NCBI GenBank assembly: GCA_022703055.1
Contig: JAKLEP010000002.1
Coordinates: 288,480-352,479 of the forward strand
DNA length: 64,000 bases
Direction: 5' to 3'
From: Candidatus Omnitrophota bacterium
GTDB taxonomy: Bacteria; Omnitrophota; Gorgyraeia; VGKH01
The notes beneath the pieces are model-generated. The model worked only from the letters and a program-made list of their open reading frames with translations. It had not been told where the DNA came from and ran no database searches. Both the position numbers and the translations under genes were made by a program. Positions 56,591 through 64,000 of the stretch are shown here, in pieces (within the stretch, counting starts at the first letter, position 1; each line of letters begins with the position of its first letter).

Positions 56591-56689
56591 CTACCAGGCT
56601 CTCTTCTTAATATGTCTTAAGAGCTTTCTTAACTTTTTTCTTTTGTGGGTTCTGATTTTACGTCTCTTACGTTTTCTTCCGCAAGGCAT
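56591..56689 (-). CDS. Small ultra-basic protein, bS22 / AURKAIP1-COX24-like (32 aa)
   Basis: Not in the ORF track (too short). Minus-strand ATG 56689, TAG 56593-56591. Peptide MPCGRKRKRRKIRTHKRKKLRKLLRHIKKRAW. GGAGGG RBS 5 nt upstream. Resembles the KKRRKRMxKKKHRKLLRRTR core of bacterial bS22. Confidence 0.6.
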   Translation of the reverse strand: MPCGRKRKRRKIRTHKRKKLRKLLRHIKKRAW

Positions 56690-56713
56690 AAAATCCCTCC
56701 AATCCTAAAAAGA

Positions 56714-57589
56714 TTAATGTATCAGTTTATTAAGAGAATACTCAATAATCCCCTCGGCCCCAGCTTCTTTTAGCTTTGGGATAATGTTTCTCACAATTTT
56801 CTCGTCGATAACCGTCTCTAACGCAAGCCAGCCTTTTTGGCTAAGACTTGAAATCGTAGGGTTGCGCAGCGCCGGAAGAAGCTTTAATATTTTGTTCAGA
56901 TCTTTAGACCTGACATTCATCTTTAAACCAACCATATTTTCGGCTTCTATCGCGCCTTTTAGAAGAGTTACGATCTGAAAAATCTTTCTTTTTTTCCAAG
57001 AATTATTAAACGACTTTTTGTTGGCGATAAACTGCGTAGTCGAACGGCAAACCACGCCTATTTCTTTTAAGTTGTGAGCCCTCAGGCTCCTGCCTGTCTC
57101 GGTTAGCTCTACAACCGCATCAACCAACCCGGCAGAAACTTTTACTTCGGTAGCGCCCCAGCTGAATTCCACATCGGCGCTAACTTTATTTTGCTTTAAA
57201 AATGACTTAGTGACATTTACCAATTCTGTAGCAACCCGTTTACCCTTTAAATCTTTGACATTTTTTATGGAAGATGCTTCTGGAACAGCTAAAACCCAAC
57301 GTACCGGCACTAAACTCTGTTTGGCATAAACCAGATCTGCTACTCTTACTACTGAAGAATTATTCTCTTTAATCCAGTCTTCGCCCGTAATACCGCAATC
57401 TAACGCCCCATCTTCGACGTATTTAGACATCTCTTGGGCACGCAAAAGCATTGGATCTATTTCTGAATCATCTATAGATGGCAGGTAAGAACGCTCGGAA
57501 ATGTTGATGCCGAAGCCTGCCTTTTTAAACATCCTTATTGTTGATTCCTGAAGGCTGCCCTTAGGAATCCCTAATTTTAATATTGTCAT
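56714..57589 (-). CDS. hisG: ATP phosphoribosyltransferase (long form)
   Basis: 291 aa. [10 protein letters not shown] start, [10 protein letters not shown]-terminal regulatory domain present (about 290 aa, so HisZ-independent type). Confidence 0.85.
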   Translation of the reverse strand: MTILKLGIPKGSLQESTIRMFKKAGFGINISERSYLPSIDDSEIDPMLLRAQEMSKYVEDGALDCGITGEDWIKENNSSVVRVADLVYAKQSLVPVRWVLAVPEASSIKNVKDLKGKRVATELVNVTKSFLKQNKVSADVEFSWGATEVKVSAGLVDAVVELTETGRSLRAHNLKEIGVVCRSTTQFIANKKSFNNSWKKRKIFQIVTLLKGAIEAENMVGLKMNVRSKDLNKILKLLPALRNPTISSLSQKGWLALETVIDEKIVRNIIPKLKEAGAEGIIEYSLNKLIH

Positions 57590-57615
57590 TTATCTATCTC
57601 CTGATTAAATCTGAA

Positions 57616-58647
57616 TTAATTAAATGTTTCTAAGGCCAACCCAACGGCCACAGCAAGGCTAATAGATACGCTCTTAAGCCTTTCCTGGGAAACATTGCGG
57701 TCAAGCGCAAGATTCTTAATCACATCCAATGTATGGACTTCCCTGCCGAGGTTATCGCTTAAGAATGAAACCAATTTCTTAAGATTGGCGGTGCCACCAC
57801 TTAGATAAACTTCGTCAACGGCCATGCCAAATTCGCTTTCATAATAATCAAATGAAAGATATATTTCATTAAGCAGATTTCCCAAAATAGGCTCGATGGA
57901 TTTAAAAATCTCATCTTCTCTTTCGCTGGGATCCTGCTTCAGCTTTTCCGCTTCCATATCCGGGATATCAAGCTTCTCTTTTATTAGATGGGTAATATTT
58001 TCTCCGCCTAGCTGGATGTCTCTCATAAAATATGAGAAATTATCCCTGACGATATTGATATTGGTTATTTTAGTCCCCAGATTTAAAAGGCCTGCAGTAG
58101 TGTCTTTTTTCTCGGGGTAATTTAGCCCGAAAACATTTTTCAAGATCAACGAATCGATGGTTACAACCTGAGGGTCAAGCCCGGCATCCTCTATAATCTT
58201 TACCCGTTCCTCAATCACTTTCTTTTTGGTGGCTACAAGAAGTATCTGCATATTCTTTTTACTGGCATCTTCCCTCAAGACCTGATAATCGCTAGCTACC
58301 TCTTCCTTGCCAAAAGGAATGTATCTTTCAATTTCAAAATTCATCGCCCTATTTAATTCTTCCCGGCTCATGAAGGGGAGCAATAGGTACCTGATAATGG
58401 TGCCCTGAGAAAAAACCGAAGCATTTACTTTTTTAGTGGAAATTCTTGCTTCTTCACATGCTTTTTTTATCGCGTCGGTAAAATCTTTGGGTTGATTGCC
58501 GTTAACCGCGCTAAGCCCCAACCCCTTAAAGGTATAAACGTCTTTATCCTTTTTTATCTCCACGACTTTGACGGAATGGCTTCCAATATCCAAACCGACA
58601 GATATCTCTGGCTTAGAAAATGTTTTCTCTAAATATTTTTGGAACAT
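57616..58647 (-). CDS. pilM: Type IV pilus assembly ATPase-fold protein PilM
   Basis: 343 aa. Actin-like fold: VGLDIGSHSVKVVEI, ERYIPF, GGENIT, YLSGGTANLKKL. Confidence 0.8.
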   Translation of the reverse strand: MFQKYLEKTFSKPEISVGLDIGSHSVKVVEIKKDKDVYTFKGLGLSAVNGNQPKDFTDAIKKACEEARISTKKVNASVFSQGTIIRYLLLPFMSREELNRAMNFEIERYIPFGKEEVASDYQVLREDASKKNMQILLVATKKKVIEERVKIIEDAGLDPQVVTIDSLILKNVFGLNYPEKKDTTAGLLNLGTKITNINIVRDNFSYFMRDIQLGGENITHLIKEKLDIPDMEAEKLKQDPSEREDEIFKSIEPILGNLLNEIYLSFDYYESEFGMAVDEVYLSGGTANLKKLVSFLSDNLGREVHTLDVIKNLALDRNVSQERLKSVSISLAVAVGLALETFN

Positions 58648-58648
58648 A

Positions 58649-60172
58649 TTATTTTAGATTTAAATATGTAAAATAGTGGCTTTTAGACTTGGCACTATTA
58701 CCTAAATATTCGTAGATTTTAGACAAATTAAAATGAGCCTGTTTATCATTAGGATCTATTTTTAAGACTTGCTCGAATTCTTCTACCGCTTTCTGGTATT
58801 CTTCCATTTTTGTATAGATACAGCCTAAATTATAATATAAATTTTTATTCTGCGGATTAAGCTTTATGGCTTCTTCATACTTTTTTATCGCTGCTTGGTT
58901 ATCGCCCTTGGAAGCATATTCAAATGCCAGAGTTTCTATCTTAGTGACTTCTTCCATGCCCGGCTTATAAACAGCCGTAGGCTGTTTAGGCTGCAACTGC
59001 AGCATTGACTCTAGGATAGTCTTCTCGCGATTCAAGCTTGCCAATTGTTCATTTGAATTACTAATCAAATTGTTAAGACTGGCTATATCGCTTTTTTGGG
59101 AAGTGTTTTCCTGTTGTAATTTAGCGATCTGGTCATTTAGCTGCATTACTATCGCTTGCAACTGGTCTGGGCTTTGCGACAGATTCGATTTTTCTTCTTC
59201 GCTTTTCTTTAAAGCGTTATTGAGTTCATCATTGCTCGACTGCAAGCTAAGAAGTTTAGACTCTAATTCATAGATCCTTTTGTCTTTATCATCGTTTTCT
59301 GCGACGGAAACAACCTTCTGGCCAGCTGAATCAAGCTGGGACTGAAGGCTATCGCTCTGCGCGATGACCCTTTTTAACTCTTTTTCCAAATCAGCTATCT
59401 GAGATTGATTATCCTTTATCGTCGTATTTAAATCGGAAATCTTCTGGTTTAAATCAAAATTCTCTTTTTCTGAATCCTGGAGCAGCTTTTCGGTCTTTTT
59501 TAATTTTGAAAGTTCTTGCGCCGGAGTCTTGGGGGCAGCTTCCTTTTTCTGCTTTAATTCCTTTATGTTTGCCTCTAAAGCATCTATCTTGTTTTTCAGA
59601 TTTGAATTTTCTTTCGCTAAAGAATCTTTGCCCTGCGAAACATTATCCCCCTGTTTCTGCAGAGATTTATAATTAGATTGCAAATCCGTGAGTTCTTTTT
59701 GCGTTTTCTTGATAGTATCTTCTAAGCTGGTAATTTTATTTTGAAGCTGGCTGTTTTCGCGAGCTAAGCTGTCATTTTTTGCGGAAAGGCTCTGTAATTC
59801 GGATTTTGAAGAGCCCGTCTTAGACTGCACTTCCGACAACTGCGACTTAAGTTCTGTAATACGATTCTCTAACTCCTCCGACTTCTGCAGTACGTCTTGT
59901 TTCTCTTGGTCTGTCTGCTTAAGCAAATTCTCAACCTGAGTCACTTGTGTCTTTAAACTTTCTGCATTAAGACGGTATTCTTCTTTTTCTTTAATAATTT
60001 TCTGAATCTTGGCTCTTAAATCGCTAATCCCCTGTTGCCACATCTGGTCCATATCCATGGCTTGAGGCTGCTGCAACTGCATCGCAGAATCAATATCTTG
60101 AGCGTAAATATAGTTCGAGACAACAAAAGAAAAACAAATAATTATCGCTAGAATGATTCTGCTTTTGGTCAT
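58649..60172 (-). CDS. Secreted long coiled-coil protein with C-terminal TPR domain
   Basis: 507 aa. Signal peptide (IILAIIICFSFVVSNYIYA/QD). About 380 aa of Q/E/K/S/L-rich heptad-like sequence with internal repeats (DSLARENSQLQNKITSLEDTI / DSLAKENSNLKNKIDALEANI). About 3 TPR units at the C-terminus. Confidence 0.6.
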   Translation of the reverse strand: MTKSRIILAIIICFSFVVSNYIYAQDIDSAMQLQQPQAMDMDQMWQQGISDLRAKIQKIIKEKEEYRLNAESLKTQVTQVENLLKQTDQEKQDVLQKSEELENRITELKSQLSEVQSKTGSSKSELQSLSAKNDSLARENSQLQNKITSLEDTIKKTQKELTDLQSNYKSLQKQGDNVSQGKDSLAKENSNLKNKIDALEANIKELKQKKEAAPKTPAQELSKLKKTEKLLQDSEKENFDLNQKISDLNTTIKDNQSQIADLEKELKRVIAQSDSLQSQLDSAGQKVVSVAENDDKDKRIYELESKLLSLQSSNDELNNALKKSEEEKSNLSQSPDQLQAIVMQLNDQIAKLQQENTSQKSDIASLNNLISNSNEQLASLNREKTILESMLQLQPKQPTAVYKPGMEEVTKIETLAFEYASKGDNQAAIKKYEEAIKLNPQNKNLYYNLGCIYTKMEEYQKAVEEFEQVLKIDPNDKQAHFNLSKIYEYLGNSAKSKSHYFTYLNLK

Positions 60173-60187
60173 ATTAAAAATTCCTCC

Positions 60188-61600
60188 TTATTCCGGCGGT
60201 CTGAGGGAAAACGGCTCTTTTACTTCTCCCTCTACCGTCAAGACATCCTCTAATTCTCTCTTTTCCGAGAATTCTTCAAACCTTTCTTTCTCTTTTTTGC
60301 TGAACCTTGGCTGCGTTACTATTGTAGGAGTTACAAAAATTAACAAATCAACATTAGTGACTACCTTAACTGTCCTTCTAAAAGCCGCGCCTATAAACGG
60401 TAAATCTCCCAAAATAGGAACTTTGTCTATCGTCGTGGAATCTGTTTTCCGGCGTAGTCCTCCGATAACTATCGTCTGCTTATCTTTCACCATCAAATTA
60501 GTTTCGGCATTACGGGAATCTATTATAGGCTGGTTGTCACTAGTAGTACCACTTTGAAAACTCTGCTCTACCTTTATATTCATAGAAATATAGTTATCTT
60601 TTGTGGTAATGTGCGGTGTAACAAAAAGCTCAATACCTGCTTCTTTAAACTGCGTAGAAGAATAGCTACCCTGCTCTGTTTGCTGAACTGAAGTATAAGG
60701 AATCTGTTCGGTCAATTTTATCGTGGCGGTAAGATTATCTAGGGTCATGACGCGTGGATTGGCCAAAATATTAACTTTTTTATTCTCTTTCCATAACTCT
60801 ATAAGTGAAGCAAGATCTAAGGTCTCAAACAAAGTTTTATTAAAAACTATGGAGCCTGCGACATCAGCGGTGAGCCTGGTAAGCGATAAATCCTGCCCAA
60901 AAGACGCCTCTGTTTCAACAGTCGCCGGTTTCCCCACCAATTCCACGCCTGCTTTGTACTGATCGCCTAAAGTAACATCAACCATCAAAGCCTCGATCAT
61001 CACCTGAGGAGTACGTAAGTCTAAATCTTGAGCAACCTGTTTTATCAATTTAACCTTATCCGGAGTATCCGTAACTATAAGGGCATTAGTTCTAGGACTT
61101 ACTTGTATCTTGCCCCTGACGCTAAGCATGCTATCGAGCGAGTTCTTTATCTCACCCACGCTTGCGAAATCTAATGTGATTATTTCTGTTACCAAGGGGA
61201 TTTTTTCCTCTTCATTTTTTAATTGTTCCAAAGTCATAATCCTTATAAGATTCTCTTCTTTTTTATAGGTAAGATTATAGTTTTTCAATATGACATCGAG
61301 CGCCTTTTCCCAAGTCGTATCTTTTAACTGTATAGTAACAGTGGCTGCTACGTCCTGGCCAAGAATTATATTTACTCCGCTTTTTTGGGATAAAACCCTT
61401 ATAACATCTTTTATGTCGGTATTCTCAAAATCTAAATTAATTAGCTCCTCTGCGGCAGGCACGGCAGCAGACGTCTCAATGATACCTCCTTGCGCCGGCT
61501 GCTCTTTCTCTTGCGATTCCAAATTAGTCAGCGGCGAGGAGAACAAAAAACCGAAAATAATAAGAAAAAATAAAAGAATTCTTATTCTGTTCCCTTTCAC
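60188..61600 (-). CDS. pilQ: Secretin (PilQ/GspD family), short form
   Basis: 470 aa. Signal peptide, N0/STN-like module (INLDFENTDIKDVIRVLSQKSGVNII), N1 domain, secretin core (ILANPRVMTLDN...VPILGDLPFIGAAFR). No AMIN-like repeats seen. Confidence 0.85.
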   Translation of the reverse strand: MKGNRIRILLFFLIIFGFLFSSPLTNLESQEKEQPAQGGIIETSAAVPAAEELINLDFENTDIKDVIRVLSQKSGVNIILGQDVAATVTIQLKDTTWEKALDVILKNYNLTYKKEENLIRIMTLEQLKNEEEKIPLVTEIITLDFASVGEIKNSLDSMLSVRGKIQVSPRTNALIVTDTPDKVKLIKQVAQDLDLRTPQVMIEALMVDVTLGDQYKAGVELVGKPATVETEASFGQDLSLTRLTADVAGSIVFNKTLFETLDLASLIELWKENKKVNILANPRVMTLDNLTATIKLTEQIPYTSVQQTEQGSYSSTQFKEAGIELFVTPHITTKDNYISMNIKVEQSFQSGTTSDNQPIIDSRNAETNLMVKDKQTIVIGGLRRKTDSTTIDKVPILGDLPFIGAAFRRTVKVVTNVDLLIFVTPTIVTQPRFSKKEKERFEEFSEKRELEDVLTVEGEVKEPFSLRPPE

Positions 61601-62031
61601 TCTTTCTCCTTTTTTCTTAATTTAATTTCAAATTCTCTATCGTTATAATTCAAAATGACACTATCTGGATTTATTTTCTGTACAATAACAGTCTTCGCAA
61701 AACCCGCGTCCTCGACAATAAGCTGAGAACCTTCCGACAAAACCTTTCCATTTATTACCGCAATAGGATTCTTTGCGTCCCACAAGATTCCTTTTAAGAC
61801 AATCTTGGCAGCGATCTCTTCCGCCGGGACAAACAAGTTCTGCCCGCTACGAATATTACCCTGGTTATCAACGAGGGGCACAAAAGGATCCCTGCGCACC
61901 TCTTTGGCAAAAGATAAACTTATATACACAATCAAGGCTGATAAAAAGATAACTAAGTATAACGCTCTAAATGAGTTATCAGCTTTTAAGCTCAATATTC
62001 CTTTATTCTTTAGCCCCAAGTATTTTAGCAT
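61597..62031 (-). CDS. PilP-like pilus assembly protein
   Basis: 144 aa. One TM helix, RDPFVP motif, C-terminal small beta domain (LKGILWDAKNPIAVINGKVLSEG). 4-nt overlap with pilQ. Confidence 0.6.
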   Translation of the reverse strand: MLKYLGLKNKGILSLKADNSFRALYLVIFLSALIVYISLSFAKEVRRDPFVPLVDNQGNIRSGQNLFVPAEEIAAKIVLKGILWDAKNPIAVINGKVLSEGSQLIVEDAGFAKTVIVQKINPDSVILNYNDREFEIKLRKKEKE

Positions 62032-62057
62032 AACTTGTATTAAATTTGTAAAATATT

Positions 62058-62636
62058 TTATTCCTTCAAAGCTGAAAAAGTGCTTATGGTCACCTCTACA
62101 TCATGACCCCACATATCCTGTGGGTTGCCTCTGATTTTTAAATCGCTTATTTTCATAAGCCGTTTGGAGCTCTCAATTTTCTTAACAAAACCTATAAGTT
62201 CATTAAATCCGCATTTTAGCCTTACGGTTATGGGCAATTCCAGATACACCTGTTTTTGGTCTGGCTGTTCATATTTCTTTGTATTTTTTGGCTCTATCGA
62301 GACAAACTGTATTTTTGATTCTTGGGTAATATCCTTCAGTGTATCAATCAACAAGCTCGCCTCTATTTGTTCGGGCAGCTTCTCTTCTAACTGGGCTATT
62401 TCTTTTTCAAGGCTTACAATGTTATTATTCAATGTATTTATATCCTGCGCAGCCCGCTCCGCCTGAAAAAACAACTGTTTCTTATTTGTTACTTTGGAAG
62501 ACAAATTCTGCATTTTTTTATTCTGAGGCAGAAATATGAAATACAAAAATAAAATTATCAGTACAATAGCGATTATAAAAGGTAAATAAGGTTTAATTTT
62601 TTCTTTATCAATACTGCCTGCTAAATTTTTTGCCAT
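62058..62636 (-). CDS. pilO: Type IV pilus assembly protein PilO
   Basis: 192 aa. N-terminal TM, coiled coil, ferredoxin-like C-domain (YLELPITVRLKCGFNELIGFVKKIE). Confidence 0.7.
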   Translation of the reverse strand: MAKNLAGSIDKEKIKPYLPFIIAIVLIILFLYFIFLPQNKKMQNLSSKVTNKKQLFFQAERAAQDINTLNNNIVSLEKEIAQLEEKLPEQIEASLLIDTLKDITQESKIQFVSIEPKNTKKYEQPDQKQVYLELPITVRLKCGFNELIGFVKKIESSKRLMKISDLKIRGNPQDMWGHDVEVTISTFSALKE

Positions 62637-62656
62637 AATTAACCGCCATCATTCTT

Positions 62657-63301
62657 CTATTCAAACACGCAATAGAATTCAAAATTCATTATATCCCTGC
62701 TTGCTACGACGCCTTTAGTCAAAGAATTAAGCTTTATTTCCTTGAAACCCCTAGAAAAAACTTCGTCTTTAGCCAGCCTATCTCTAAAAGCACCCACCAA
62801 CTCCACTGCTTCCTGGATTATCTGGGCGACTGCCCGTCCCTTTATAGAAATTACAGATTTTTCTTCCATAGACTTATTGCCTTCTATGTCTGCTATATTG
62901 ACCCTTTTTTCAAAAGATAAATCTGTCAGCCAAACACCCTCGGGAATTAATTCGGCAATTCTGTCCAGTTTCTCCGACCAAAGCATTTTTTTCTGAGTAA
63001 ACTCGCCTAAGAAAGCAAGCCTCTTTAGAAGTTTGTCACGCTGCTCATTGAGCTTGATCAATTTTTGGGGCTCAACTGTAAAAGTTGCCTCTTTCTGTTC
63101 CAAGGTCTTCAATTCTTTGGTATATTTGCTTATTTTTGTACCCATAATGACCCAAATTGAAATCATCAAAACTATGATTACCCCTATAACAACGTAAGAT
63201 AAAGTTAGAGGGTTTTCTTTTTTTATAGAAGAAACGACCTCTACTTTAGGTTTTTTAGCTTTTTTGCCAAAGCTAGGAGATAAAAGATTTATCTGTGGCA
63301 T
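62657..63301 (-). CDS. pilN: Type IV pilus assembly protein PilN
   Basis: 214 aa. N-terminal PQINLLSP (PilM-binding INLLP motif), single TM, coiled coil, C-terminal alpha/beta domain (GVWLTDL). Confidence 0.7.
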   Translation of the reverse strand: MPQINLLSPSFGKKAKKPKVEVVSSIKKENPLTLSYVVIGVIIVLMISIWVIMGTKISKYTKELKTLEQKEATFTVEPQKLIKLNEQRDKLLKRLAFLGEFTQKKMLWSEKLDRIAELIPEGVWLTDLSFEKRVNIADIEGNKSMEEKSVISIKGRAVAQIIQEAVELVGAFRDRLAKDEVFSRGFKEIKLNSLTKGVVASRDIMNFEFYCVFE

Positions 63302-63380
63302 CCATACCTCTTTTTCCAGTCCCTAAATTAAACTCTAACTTTATATTGTACTACAAAAAAAGTAAATAAATAAAAATATT

Positions 63381-63920
63381 TTATCTTTTTACAAAAGCTG
63401 ATATAAGTTCGCAGGGAGAATCAAGCTCCCCTGAGTGCCCTCCCACGTCTTCACCGGAAGACAATGCTCCATCTAAATTCCTGTCTTCTCCGATAATATT
63501 GCCAAGCCGCTGCCTCCAGCATACTATGACGCGCGCTTCCTTGATCCAACCCGTAGGTATTGAACCGGCGGCCTTGTCTGTTATATAGATGGTACAAGAA
63601 CCGTTGAAGCCGTTATAATTATGTGAAATGTTATCATTATTAAAAGAAACTATTCTTCTTGTCCCGCTTGGCACGGAACTGCAGCCGGTGGTATAAGCCA
63701 AGTTTAGACACATGCTCTGCCCCAAATTATCAAACTCTATATTCCTGAGATTATACAGTTCCTCCATTTTTTCACGGGCGATGTTCATACCAATGGTCAA
63801 ATTCCTATCGAATTCATTAAGATTCAAAGAACTGATGTAGCTAATTAACAAACCTACCAATGCGAATCCAACTATAGCCACCACAACCATTAATTCTAGC
63901 ATCGTTAAGCCCTTATTCAT
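63381..63920 (-). CDS. Prepilin-type N-terminal cleavage/methylation domain protein (pilin/pseudopilin)
   Basis: 179 aa. MNKG/LTMLELMVVVAIVGFALVGLL class III signal with Glu at +5. Cys-rich globular domain. EF-hand-like loop DRNLDGALSSGE. Confidence 0.8.
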   Translation of the reverse strand: MNKGLTMLELMVVVAIVGFALVGLLISYISSLNLNEFDRNLTIGMNIAREKMEELYNLRNIEFDNLGQSMCLNLAYTTGCSSVPSGTRRIVSFNNDNISHNYNGFNGSCTIYITDKAAGSIPTGWIKEARVIVCWRQRLGNIIGEDRNLDGALSSGEDVGGHSGELDSPCELISAFVKR

Positions 63921-63923
63921 TAC

Positions 63924-64000
63924 TTACCTCCCGATTAACTGAGTTATCTTCAAGATGGGCAAAAATAATGATATGACTATGCCTCCGACTATAACGCCCA
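63924..64000 (-). CDS. pilC: Type II secretion system F / PilC family platform protein, C-terminal fragment
   Basis: Minus-strand frame open to the window edge. The tail ...GVIVGGIVISLFLPILKITQLIGR* matches the conserved GspF/PilC C-terminal TM end (..lyLPIf.m...i). TAA at 63926-63924. Confidence 0.5.
   Translation of the reverse strand, partial: GVIVGGIVISLFLPILKITQLIGR

Overview
AT-rich, very gene-dense bacterial chromosomal window with about 75 CDS, 2 tRNAs and 1 tmRNA. Calls were made by eye from the supplied ORF translations and the raw sequence; no searches were run.

The organism is clearly diderm. The window holds lpxI-lpxA-lpxC/fabZ-lpxD, skp-bamA, lptF/G and lolCDE. Its housekeeping gene order nonetheless closely follows the Bacillus subtilis origin-proximal map (thiL-tsaE-tsaB; tmk-holB-yaaT-metG; lysS...mcsA-mcsB-clpC-radA-yacL-ispD-ispF-cysE-cysS; ispE-spoVG-glmU-prs-ctc-pth; rpsF-ssb-rpsR-rplI-dnaB). 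This suggests an uncultivated diderm lineage, possibly Omnitrophota- or Elusimicrobiota-like, but that placement is a low-confidence guess.

Everything from 15042 to the window end lies on the minus strand. I saw no transposase, integrase, CRISPR array, prophage or obvious defence island, so this is core genome rather than an accessory region.

The most interesting items are:
- A type IV pilus-like operon with non-canonical order (pilC-pilin-pilN-pilO-pilP-pilQ-X-pilM), where X is a 507-aa secreted coiled-coil/TPR protein.
- An unlisted 32-codon ORF encoding a bS22/AURKAIP1-like ultra-basic protein.
- A SpoVG homolog with a zinc-ribbon insertion.
- An in-frame Maf::M48-lipoprotein fusion with an internal lipoprotein signal peptide.
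- A PEGA-protein / processive GT2 / thioesterase operon.
- A tmRNA whose tag frame does not end in the usual -LAA.
- Divergent L27, SSB and S18 termini.

Several ORF-track starts were shortened (ACT-2, tsaB, mcsB, glmU, spoVG, rpsR) where the 5' extension overlaps a neighbouring gene or tRNA.
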